DNA from: a virus
Lineage: Duplodnaviria > Caudoviricetes
Length of the DNA: 30,245 nucleotides
Strand: one strand, 5' to 3'
Virus record (IMG/VR): IMGVR_UViG_3300035633_000175
Span: 1 to 30,245 of that record
The translations under genes were made by a program, and so were the position numbers. Shown here one piece after another: positions 16,142 through 23,186 of this stretch. The notes beneath the pieces were generated by a model. That model was not told where the DNA came from, did not search any database, and saw only the letters and a list, made by a program, of their open reading frames with translations. Within the stretch, counting starts at the first letter, position 1; each line of letters starts with the position of its first letter.

Positions 16142-16755
16142 AATTTCACTGGGATTTAGATCAGAACTCGGAAGAATGGCTGGACCTGCGCAGAGGGCGT
16201 ATAAGCGGCAGTGACGCAGCCAAGCTGCTTGTCAAAGGCAAAGGAGAGCAAGGATTTGGCGTAGGTGCGCTTTCGCTAGCCAGAAAGATAGCGGAGGAGG
16301 TAGTCACAGGACGCGTCCGGCAATCTTTCTCCAATAAAGCCACAGACTGGGGCCATGAGTACGAGCCTGAAGCCATAGCTTATTACGAGATCGAAAGCCT
16401 GACAAAGGTGCAGCGCGTAGGTTATGTTGAAAAGGACCAGTGGCGAGGTGTAAGCCCGGACGGCTTGATTACGGAAGTGCCTATTTATCTGGAGTATAAG
16501 TGCTTGCCCGTGGACCACATCGCAATAGTGGAAAGCAACGAGCCTGACCCCGAACACGTCAAGCAGGTACAGTGGGGACTATGGTGTACCCAGTACCCTG
16601 CAGCTCACCTTGTGTATTATCACCCATGGTATCCAAAAAAGACGCGCATGAAAGTATTCAGGATCGAGCCAGACAAGGAATTGCATGGTTTATACGAAGA
16701 TCGATCTGGAGATTTAATTACATTGACTGAAAACATAATCAAGAGACTAACATGA
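16138..16755 (+). CDS. YqaJ/lambda-Exo-like exonuclease
   Basis: QNSEEWL.LRRGRISGS, WG...EP.A, SPDGLI, LEYKC and Q.QW.LW motifs. Confidence 0.9.
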   Translation: MKFHWDLDQNSEEWLDLRRGRISGSDAAKLLVKGKGEQGFGVGALSLARKIAEEVVTGRVRQSFSNKATDWGHEYEPEAIAYYEIESLTKVQRVGYVEKDQWRGVSPDGLITEVPIYLEYKCLPVDHIAIVESNEPDPEHVKQVQWGLWCTQYPAAHLVYYHPWYPKKTRMKVFRIEPDKELHGLYEDRSGDLITLTENIIKRLT

Positions 16756-16982
16756 AATACGACTTGAAAGGAACGGAAATCGTAGAAAAACTGGAAAGGC
16801 TAAACCTTAAGAAGTATTGGCTAGCCAGCTGGCTGGACATCACTCCAGTAGCCTTAGAATACAAGCTTAAAGACACATCGAAATTTAAGGTGCGAGAGCT
16901 AACACTGATCGATCTGGTATTTGAGCAATTCGAGCGCATGCAGCACGACCGCAACCGCATTCTCGAGAAAAATTTCGTCTAA
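16752..16982 (+). CDS. Small helix-turn-helix (Cro/XRE-like) protein
   Basis: L.K.WLA..LDIT...L..KL....F...EL pattern. 76 aa. Confidence 0.6.
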   Translation: MKYDLKGTEIVEKLERLNLKKYWLASWLDITPVALEYKLKDTSKFKVRELTLIDLVFEQFERMQHDRNRILEKNFV

Positions 16983-17064
16983 ATCACGAGATTTTACCGC
17001 AAAATTTTGGTGGAACGAGAAATTTTCGCCTACTTTGTTGTTAACAAACAAACAAACAAACACA
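16964..17064 (+). promoter_or_regulatory. Putative promoter with operator-like repeats and a (CAAA)4 leader
   Basis: TTTG(17006)-20 nt-CTACTTTG(17030). CGAGA...CG boxes at 16964, 16987 and 17016. Confidence 0.5.
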
Positions 17065-18063
17065 ATGATTACAGTAATCGAGAGCAGCGACAGCGAAAGG
17101 ACCTTCAGGACACTGAAGCAAGCCGCAGAATACTACGGTAGCACATACGTAAGACCCGGCATGGCTACATTCGTTCCATGGATGGAGAAGCTAGGCCACG
17201 AGGTACACAAGAACGGTCGGCGAATAGAAGCTGAAGAATACGGCGCTATGCCAGAAAAAGCTATCGAAGAAGCGCTGGAAGAGCAAATACCAGTTAAGGA
17301 ATCTAAACAGCAAGAAGAGCAGTCGGAAGCGGAAGCGCCTAAGGCAAAAAAGCAGCACAGACAATTCAAAGAGTTGCTGCTGCACGTATCCACGCAAGAG
17401 CCTGTTATGATGATAGGTCCTGCAGGTAGCGGCAAAACAACAGCAGCGCTGAAAGTAGCAGAGCATTTGAATGTAGCTTTTTATCCGCAGTCAGTAGGTG
17501 CGCAAACTACCAAGAGCGACCTGCTTGGATTTATTGATGCGAATGGACAGTACAGAAGAACAATCTTTAGAGACGCATACGAGAACGGAGGGCTGTACCT
17601 AATGGACGAAGTTGATGCGGGTAACCCTAACACAGTCACAATCCTGAACGCAGCGCTTGCTAATGGATTTATGAGTTTCCCTGACGGCGTAGTAGAAAGG
17701 CACGAAGACTTCTACTGTATTGCTGCTGCTAACACGTTCGGAACCGGGGCTGACAGGATGTATGTAGGCCGTAACCAGCTGGACGCTGCCACACTGGACA
17801 GATTCAACAACATCTCTTGGAAGATTGACGAAAAGCTGGAAGCAACGTTTACAACTAACACGCAATGGCATACACTTGTCGTGAAGTACAGAAAGGCTGT
17901 AGACACGTTTAAGATGCGCCACATTGTATCGCCCAGAGCAACAATTAAAGGAGCGAAGCTGCTTGCCGCAGGACTCAGCATGAAGCAGACTATTGCTGCA
18001 GTTATTCACAAAGGACTTAGCGCGGAGGATGCTAAGCGATTAGATAAGGAGGTGACAAAATGA
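17065..18063 (+). CDS. MoxR-type AAA+ ATPase (AAA_5/CobS-like)
   Basis: GPAGSGKT, LMDEVD, AAANT.G.G, Y.GRNQLDAATLDRF and SPRA motifs. Start reassigned to ATG 17065. Confidence 0.9.
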   Translation: MITVIESSDSERTFRTLKQAAEYYGSTYVRPGMATFVPWMEKLGHEVHKNGRRIEAEEYGAMPEKAIEEALEEQIPVKESKQQEEQSEAEAPKAKKQHRQFKELLLHVSTQEPVMMIGPAGSGKTTAALKVAEHLNVAFYPQSVGAQTTKSDLLGFIDANGQYRRTIFRDAYENGGLYLMDEVDAGNPNTVTILNAALANGFMSFPDGVVERHEDFYCIAAANTFGTGADRMYVGRNQLDAATLDRFNNISWKIDEKLEATFTTNTQWHTLVVKYRKAVDTFKMRHIVSPRATIKGAKLLAAGLSMKQTIAAVIHKGLSAEDAKRLDKEVTK

Positions 18064-18920
18064 GAAGGCTATGCACAATCCACGAAGACTGCGACGTAAT
18101 TTGGTTTAACTCCCCAGAGCAGCAGCTGGAAGATATGAACACCAGCAAGTACGCCAACAGGCCAAGCTCCAGCAGCCACAGCACTAATAACACAAAATTC
18201 TATGCTTCCGAAGACTGGGCACACATGGAAAGAATGATTACACAGGAGCGCACAATAAAAGTGAATCCATCGATCACAGCAGAGATTAACGAATCTGTCA
18301 CAAACCTGCAGCAGGAGACAGTCTTTGACACTCATGGATCTTACGTAGACATGGGCAGGTATATGGATGGCGAGCCCGAGCATATGGTAGACTTCGTGGA
18401 CGTAGAGCAGAAAGCCAAAATGGTTACAATCGTTTATAACAACAGAGGCTTCGCTGAAGTAAGCGCAAAAGCCATGTCTGCGCTGGGTGGTGTAGTAGCA
18501 ACCATAATAGACAGGCTGGAGTCAAACGGGTACAGGTGCCAGGTGATAAGCGCACAAAGCGACAGAGTAAAAGAAACCATCTACAACCGAGAGCACTACT
18601 GCTCACTAACAGTGCTAAAGGACTTCAATGAGCCTCTGCACGAAACCTCGTTAAATGCCTTTCACGGGAGCTGGTTTAGAAGATGCGGCTTCGCACTGAA
18701 AGAGACATTAACTAGATGTAAGTACTACGGAGGACGCGGATATAGCATGGAGGCTCTAAAGCCAGAGCTGTGCGAGCTACTAGGCCAACGGGAAGAGGAG
18801 GTTATAATTATAGAGTCTATGGATAATAACCGAAGCCTAGAAAACGCGCTAAAAAAAGGATATTGGGGCATCGCTGCAAAATTTGTAGAAGATGCCACAA
18901 AGGAACTCATTGTTGAGTAG
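18060..18920 (+). CDS. AAA+ partner protein (degenerate vWA-like)
   Basis: ATGA-coupled to the MoxR ATPase. G.YVDMGRY..GEPE.M, ID.LE..G.R and .FRR..F patterns. Confidence 0.6.
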   Translation: MRRLCTIHEDCDVIWFNSPEQQLEDMNTSKYANRPSSSSHSTNNTKFYASEDWAHMERMITQERTIKVNPSITAEINESVTNLQQETVFDTHGSYVDMGRYMDGEPEHMVDFVDVEQKAKMVTIVYNNRGFAEVSAKAMSALGGVVATIIDRLESNGYRCQVISAQSDRVKETIYNREHYCSLTVLKDFNEPLHETSLNAFHGSWFRRCGFALKETLTRCKYYGGRGYSMEALKPELCELLGQREEEVIIIESMDNNRSLENALKKGYWGIAAKFVEDATKELIVE

Positions 18921-18931
18921 TTGTTTGTTTG

Positions 18932-18966
18932 AAAGGAGGGGCCTAAGTGCTTCTCCTTTTTTATTT
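18932..18966 (+). terminator. Rho-independent terminator
   Basis: AAAGGAGGGGC-CTAAGT-GCTTCTCCTTT followed by a T run. Confidence 0.8.
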
Positions 18967-18977
18967 AACTTTAGAAT

Positions 18978-19211
18978 ATGGAAAAGATCAACGAGTATAT
19001 TTTTTGGATGCAAGCTTTATCCAACATGCAAGCCATGAAGCAATACCATCTCCAGGTAATACAGCAAAAGCCAAAAGACATTGACGCCATGCAGACAATT
19101 AACAAGATAGAGCACGATCTGCCTATTGTTAAGAAACTTGCAAATGAACTTCACGAGCATATTAAAGCAGCCAAGGAGCAAGAGCTTGGCATTAAATTCA
19201 AATTCTTATGA
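18978..19211 (+). CDS. Hypothetical protein
   Basis: 77-aa helical ORF after the terminator. Confidence 0.6.
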   Translation: MEKINEYIFWMQALSNMQAMKQYHLQVIQQKPKDIDAMQTINKIEHDLPIVKKLANELHEHIKAAKEQELGIKFKFL

Positions 19212-19345
19212 CAGAAGCAATCACACACTTTCTAGGGCTATGCGGAGAGCATAATCACCCAAACGTTTTTCACGTACTTGTAGTTATAGCAGCCGCAGTG
19301 TTCTTAACAAAGCTGATAAAGTATGCCAGCACCAAAAGGAAATAA
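19208..19345 (+). CDS. Small membrane protein (45 aa, not in the ORF track)
   Basis: MTEAITHFLGLCGEHNHPNVFHVLVVIAAAVFLTKLIKYASTKRK: ATGA overlap, His/Cys cluster, one TM helix, basic tail. Confidence 0.6.
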   Translation: MTEAITHFLGLCGEHNHPNVFHVLVVIAAAVFLTKLIKYASTKRK

Positions 19346-19811
19346 GTATGCCCTAGGCAATAAAGGCGGAGCGCCTACACTGTACAAACCCGAATACTGT
19401 GAACAGCTCATAGAGTGGTTTAGCGGAGAGCCCTACAGGGTGGAAGAGATTCCTCACTACAGAAACGGCCAAGTCAGCTGGATAGACAAAAAGCTGATTC
19501 CTAATAAGCTGCCTACCTTTCACACCTTCGCTACACACATAGGAGTAACGCCGCAAGTGATTCCGGATTGGGCGAAAAGGCATGAAGAGTTCGGACGCGC
19601 CTATGCGTATGCAAAAGAGCTGCAGAAGTACTTTCTTATTGAAAATGGCTTAAATGGCATCTATAATGCAGCAGCATTTACGTTCGTAGCTAAGAACATC
19701 ACGGACATGCACGATAAACACGAAATAGAGAGCACAGGTGAGCCGTTCTCACGTACCCTGTACATAGTGGGCGCTAAAGACAAAAAAGAGCTTAGAGAGC
19801 CGGAAAAGTAG
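19323..19811 (+). CDS. terS: Terminase small subunit
   Basis: MPAPKGNK.A.GN, G.PT.Y.PEYC, HTH-like LPTF..FA..IGV and W...H.EF..A. Directly upstream of TerL. Confidence 0.85.
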   Translation: MPAPKGNKYALGNKGGAPTLYKPEYCEQLIEWFSGEPYRVEEIPHYRNGQVSWIDKKLIPNKLPTFHTFATHIGVTPQVIPDWAKRHEEFGRAYAYAKELQKYFLIENGLNGIYNAAAFTFVAKNITDMHDKHEIESTGEPFSRTLYIVGAKDKKELREPEK

Positions 19812-21064
19812 TGATTAGCAAAGAGCACCCGATGGAGATCAATGAGGTGTATATGCCTTATCTATGGGACGAGTCTCGCTTCCTTGTAGTTTATGGAGGA
19901 GCAATGTCAGGCAAGAGCGTATTCTGCGCTCAGAAAATTGTATTTAGAACAGTATTGGAGAAAGGCCATAGGTTTCTCGCGCTGCGTAAAGTCGCCACCA
20001 CAGTTAAACGCTCCATATTCCAAGAACTCAAAGACGTGATCTATGAAAACAACATGGAGAAGGAGTTTCGCATAAATAAGTCGGACTACACGATAACGCA
20101 CTTCACTGGAAACGAGATACTATGCATGGGCCTGGATGAACCCGAAAAAGTGAAGTCCATTAAAGGAATCACAGGCATGTGGCTGGAAGAGGCTACAGAC
20201 TTTAATCCAGAGGACCTTAATCAGCTGGACATACGTATAAGAGGGCATAAGAGCAACTATGTGCAGTATATGCTGAGCTTTAATCCAATAGATGAACACA
20301 ACTGGCTAAAGTCGCGCTTCTTTGACAACCAAGACCCAAAAGCCACCACACTCAAAACGACATATAAGGACAATGAGTTTCTAACGGATGATGATGCAGC
20401 ACAAATAGAGAGCTACAAAACAAAGAACGAGCTATTCTATCAAGTGTATTGCCTGGGCGATTGGGGCGTTATAGACACATCTAACAAGTTCCTGTACAAC
20501 TTCGACAAGGAGCTACACGTGGGTGAGTGCGCATATAACCCAGGTAAGCCGCTGAAGATAAGCTTTGATTTCAACCTGGAGCCTTTTGCTTGCATACTCT
20601 ACCAGAACACAGATTCCGGAGGCATAGTGGTGTTTGATAAAGTTAGGCTGGACAATAGCGACATTTATCAAGTATGCGACAAGATAAAGGCCAACTACCC
20701 GGATGCCTTCTACATTGTCACAGGAGACAAGTCCGGATATAACCGCACAGGAACAGTAAGAGGCAAGACAAGCTATTGGAAGATTATTAAGACAGAGCTG
20801 AGCTTAAGAGACCCACAAATAAAGCTTAGGCCCAAGAACCTGGATCTTGTTTCGTCTCGTGTGCTGTGTAACTCTGCTATGAAGTGGAAAAGCATTACTA
20901 TAGACCCAGCGCTTAGCGAGCTTATTAATGACTGCACGTACGCGCAGGTAGACGAGAAAGGAGAGCTGATAAAAGACCGGAGAAAGAACAAGAACGATTT
21001 TCTGGACTGTCTTCGATATGCGCTTGACATAGAGTGGCCAGATTTATTGAAAATCAAAAAATGA
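19811..21064 (+). CDS. terL: Terminase large subunit (PBSX/Terminase_3-like)
   Basis: YGGAMSGKS Walker A, WLEEAT Walker B, SFNP, TTYKDN.FL, LGDWG, nuclease SFDFN and ND..DC.RY. Start is GTG 19811 or ATG 19832. Confidence 0.95.
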   Translation: MISKEHPMEINEVYMPYLWDESRFLVVYGGAMSGKSVFCAQKIVFRTVLEKGHRFLALRKVATTVKRSIFQELKDVIYENNMEKEFRINKSDYTITHFTGNEILCMGLDEPEKVKSIKGITGMWLEEATDFNPEDLNQLDIRIRGHKSNYVQYMLSFNPIDEHNWLKSRFFDNQDPKATTLKTTYKDNEFLTDDDAAQIESYKTKNELFYQVYCLGDWGVIDTSNKFLYNFDKELHVGECAYNPGKPLKISFDFNLEPFACILYQNTDSGGIVVFDKVRLDNSDIYQVCDKIKANYPDAFYIVTGDKSGYNRTGTVRGKTSYWKIIKTELSLRDPQIKLRPKNLDLVSSRVLCNSAMKWKSITIDPALSELINDCTYAQVDEKGELIKDRRKNKNDFLDCLRYALDIEWPDLLKIKK

Positions 21065-21119
21065 TGTGCTATATTACAAGCTCTACAAGGTTGGGATACC
21101 TTTTTCATTATGTGAGATC

Positions 21120-21171
21120 AAAAGACGCTGCTATCAGCCTTTGGTGGTTCTCGGGCTGGGCGTCTTTTTTT
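21120..21171 (+). terminator. Rho-independent terminator-like stem-loop
   Basis: AAAAGACGC/GCGTCTTTT outer stem, CAGCCT/GGGCTG inner stem, T7 run. Confidence 0.65.
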
Positions 21172-21193
21172 AACAACTTAAACTGACAGAACA

Positions 21194-21679
21194 ATGAACA
21201 GACAAGAATTATTTGAAAGCACCATAGATAAGCTGGTAAAAGCTTACTTTGAAGGAACACTAAACCCAATGGACTGCGAAGCGTGTGCTGTGGGCAATAT
21301 TTGCGACGGTGACAAACAATGGCAACTTATAAGAGTAATGGACGCAAACGGCAGTTTTCACCGGACAGCCCCAAGCGCTTCGATTGAAAAATACATAGTG
21401 AAAATGTCCGGAGGGTACAGCTTAGACGAGCTGTTCCGCATTGAGCAAGCATTTATGCACGGAACCGAGTTCATGGAAAATGGTAAATTTTGCGATAATA
21501 CGCCAGACGTGTATGCACCGTTATCTGGTTTATGTTTTAATGATTCCATAGAGCAACAGAAAGGGCGCGACCGCCTAAGCTACAAAGGCTCAATGGCTGT
21601 TGTAGACGAGCTGCAGAAGATTCACGGATGCACAGCCACCGAAACAGAAGAAGCCAAGCTCCGGTTTAGCCATGCTTGA
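21194..21679 (+). CDS. Conserved hypothetical protein with CxACAVGNI motif
   Basis: KL..AY...TL.P.DC.ACAVGNI and GYS..EL..IE.AF patterns, which I recall from Flavobacteriia and their phages. Confidence 0.6.
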   Translation: MNRQELFESTIDKLVKAYFEGTLNPMDCEACAVGNICDGDKQWQLIRVMDANGSFHRTAPSASIEKYIVKMSGGYSLDELFRIEQAFMHGTEFMENGKFCDNTPDVYAPLSGLCFNDSIEQQKGRDRLSYKGSMAVVDELQKIHGCTATETEEAKLRFSHA

Positions 21680-21995
21680 GATAATGCTGTTGAATGCCTG
21701 CTTAGTAGTGGGCATCAACGTCCTATTCCAGCCAGGAATGATCCTTAGCAGAGTAGGAGACAGAATAGTGCTATTCGCACTGCGTAAGGAGAGCTTATTT
21801 GATCCAGAACCTAATAAGCCTAGAGCTTGGCTTGTATTCTTACTGAAGCCTCTATTTCAATGCGCTCCCTGCATGTGCAGTATCTGGAGTGCTGCTGGTT
21901 TCTGGGCCACAGAGCTACACTGGACACTCTACCCAGTTTATGCTATAACGATAATTCCTTTTGTAGTTGTACTAAAAAGCTTCTGGAGAACATAA
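21672..21995 (+). CDS. Small membrane protein (DUF1360-like)
   Basis: Hydrophobic segments and KPL..C..CM.S.W motif. Confidence 0.55.
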   Translation: MLEIMLLNACLVVGINVLFQPGMILSRVGDRIVLFALRKESLFDPEPNKPRAWLVFLLKPLFQCAPCMCSIWSAAGFWATELHWTLYPVYAITIIPFVVVLKSFWRT

Positions 21996-22015
21996 AACTA
22001 ACTAATAGCAATGTA

Positions 22016-22210
22016 ATGGACGAAATAAACGACGATATCGGACTATTAATGCGAGTCATGAAAGCACTGGAATGGATAGTTATATTCCTTTGGCGAGTAG
22101 TATTCACATGCATAATTATTATCACTGTGCTTGTGATGGTCTACTGGATAGCGTACCTAGTGTATGAGCCTTCCGTGTTCTACATACGACTAGTCAGGGA
22201 CCTGCTATGA
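22016..22210 (+). CDS. Small hydrophobic membrane protein
   Basis: Start reassigned to ATG 22016. Long hydrophobic stretch. ATGA overlap with the next gene. Confidence 0.5.
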   Translation: MDEINDDIGLLMRVMKALEWIVIFLWRVVFTCIIIITVLVMVYWIAYLVYEPSVFYIRLVRDLL

Positions 22211-22443
22211 GCCGCAGCACAGCACGGGTAGAGTACAACGAGGCGCAAGAGCGCTTCCTGTTGTGCAACGATCTGCCTTCACAAACATCTAGCAAGCGCT
22301 GGAGTGTAATAGCGCGAGGCCTTACATGGAAACGCGCCCACGAGTTTGTAGATAGCTGCAGCCCATGCAAAGGAAAGACAGTTAAGGACATCGAGAGAGC
22401 ATACGAGATATTCAACTATGAGCCTATTCAAGCAAGCAAATAA
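22207..22443 (+). CDS. Hypothetical protein
   Basis: 78-aa ORF overlapping both neighbours. Confidence 0.55.
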   Translation: MSRSTARVEYNEAQERFLLCNDLPSQTSSKRWSVIARGLTWKRAHEFVDSCSPCKGKTVKDIERAYEIFNYEPIQASK

Positions 22444-23041
22444 AAAGCCCACCAGGCTGCACCCACAGCTCAAAAGACTCACTCAGCACATCATGACGCT
22501 GCGCGACGACCAAAACAAGCCTATCAAGCTGTATGAGTTCAAGACGCTGTACGACATGCCGGCTGCGCGTTATTCTAAGTTCAACGAGTACATGGAGGAC
22601 AGACAGCGCGGCATATCCCGGACAGAGCTAGAAGAAAACCTTAAAGCTTGCATCGACGAGATCAACGAAGGCAAGCCCACTAACAATGCCAACGCTATCA
22701 CTATCCTGCGCTGGATGCTATCCAGAATGAAGGTAGCCTACGATGCGGACATAGTGATGCGCTTAATAAGCGTAGCTGTATTCACTAAAGAGGAAGACTT
22801 GACTGGCTACGACTGGGATTACAATACCTGGAAGATAGAGCTGTTTGAAAAGCAAGGCGTGAGTGCTTTTTTTTTGAGCGAGCCAATCAAGAAGTACTGG
22901 ACTGCAATGGATATCTCAACCAGCGATATGGAACTAATAGCAGAGCAAAACAAGATAAAAAAACAGGTCTTGAAGGAGTTGCAAGAGATGGGAATTTCGT
23001 TGAGCGCTGGCTTAGAAGAGAAGAAAGAAACAGGAAATTGA
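22418..23041 (+). CDS. Probable tail assembly chaperone (gpG-like)
   Basis: Last main ORF before the tape measure. Contains slippery runs and an overlapping open -1 frame. Confidence 0.55.
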   Translation: MSLFKQANKKPTRLHPQLKRLTQHIMTLRDDQNKPIKLYEFKTLYDMPAARYSKFNEYMEDRQRGISRTELEENLKACIDEINEGKPTNNANAITILRWMLSRMKVAYDADIVMRLISVAVFTKEEDLTGYDWDYNTWKIELFEKQGVSAFFLSEPIKKYWTAMDISTSDMELIAEQNKIKKQVLKELQEMGISLSAGLEEKKETGN

Positions 23042-23157
23042 TGTTGGGTCTTGCTAAGTGGGACCTGCAAGCGGAGCAATTAATAAAGCGCATGAGCATA
23101 ATGGAGTTCCGAGAATATATTAACTTAGTGCGAGCGGAGGCTGAAAAAAACAAATAG
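22867..23157 (+). CDS. Probable -1 frameshift extension of the tail chaperone (gpT-like)
   Basis: -1 frame is stop-free from 22849 to TAG 23155-23157 and ends ...LMLGLAKWDLQAEQLIKRMSIMEFREYINLVRAEAEKNK. Confidence 0.5.
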   Translation, partial: FFFERANQEVLDCNGYLNQRYGTNSRAKQDKKTGLEGVARDGNFVERWLRREERNRKLMLGLAKWDLQAEQLIKRMSIMEFREYINLVRAEAEKNK

Positions 23158-23186
23158 CCTCACCTTAATTTGTAATTGAGAGATGA

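Noticed and set aside
21061-21181. Short ORF after terL (MMCYITSS...)
   Set aside because: Runs through the terminator hairpin and has no protein-like features.
21194-21679. Na+-NQR subunit F label that I recall on similar Flavobacteriia proteins
   Set aside because: Far too short and lacks FAD/NADH-binding domains. Likely a propagated misannotation.
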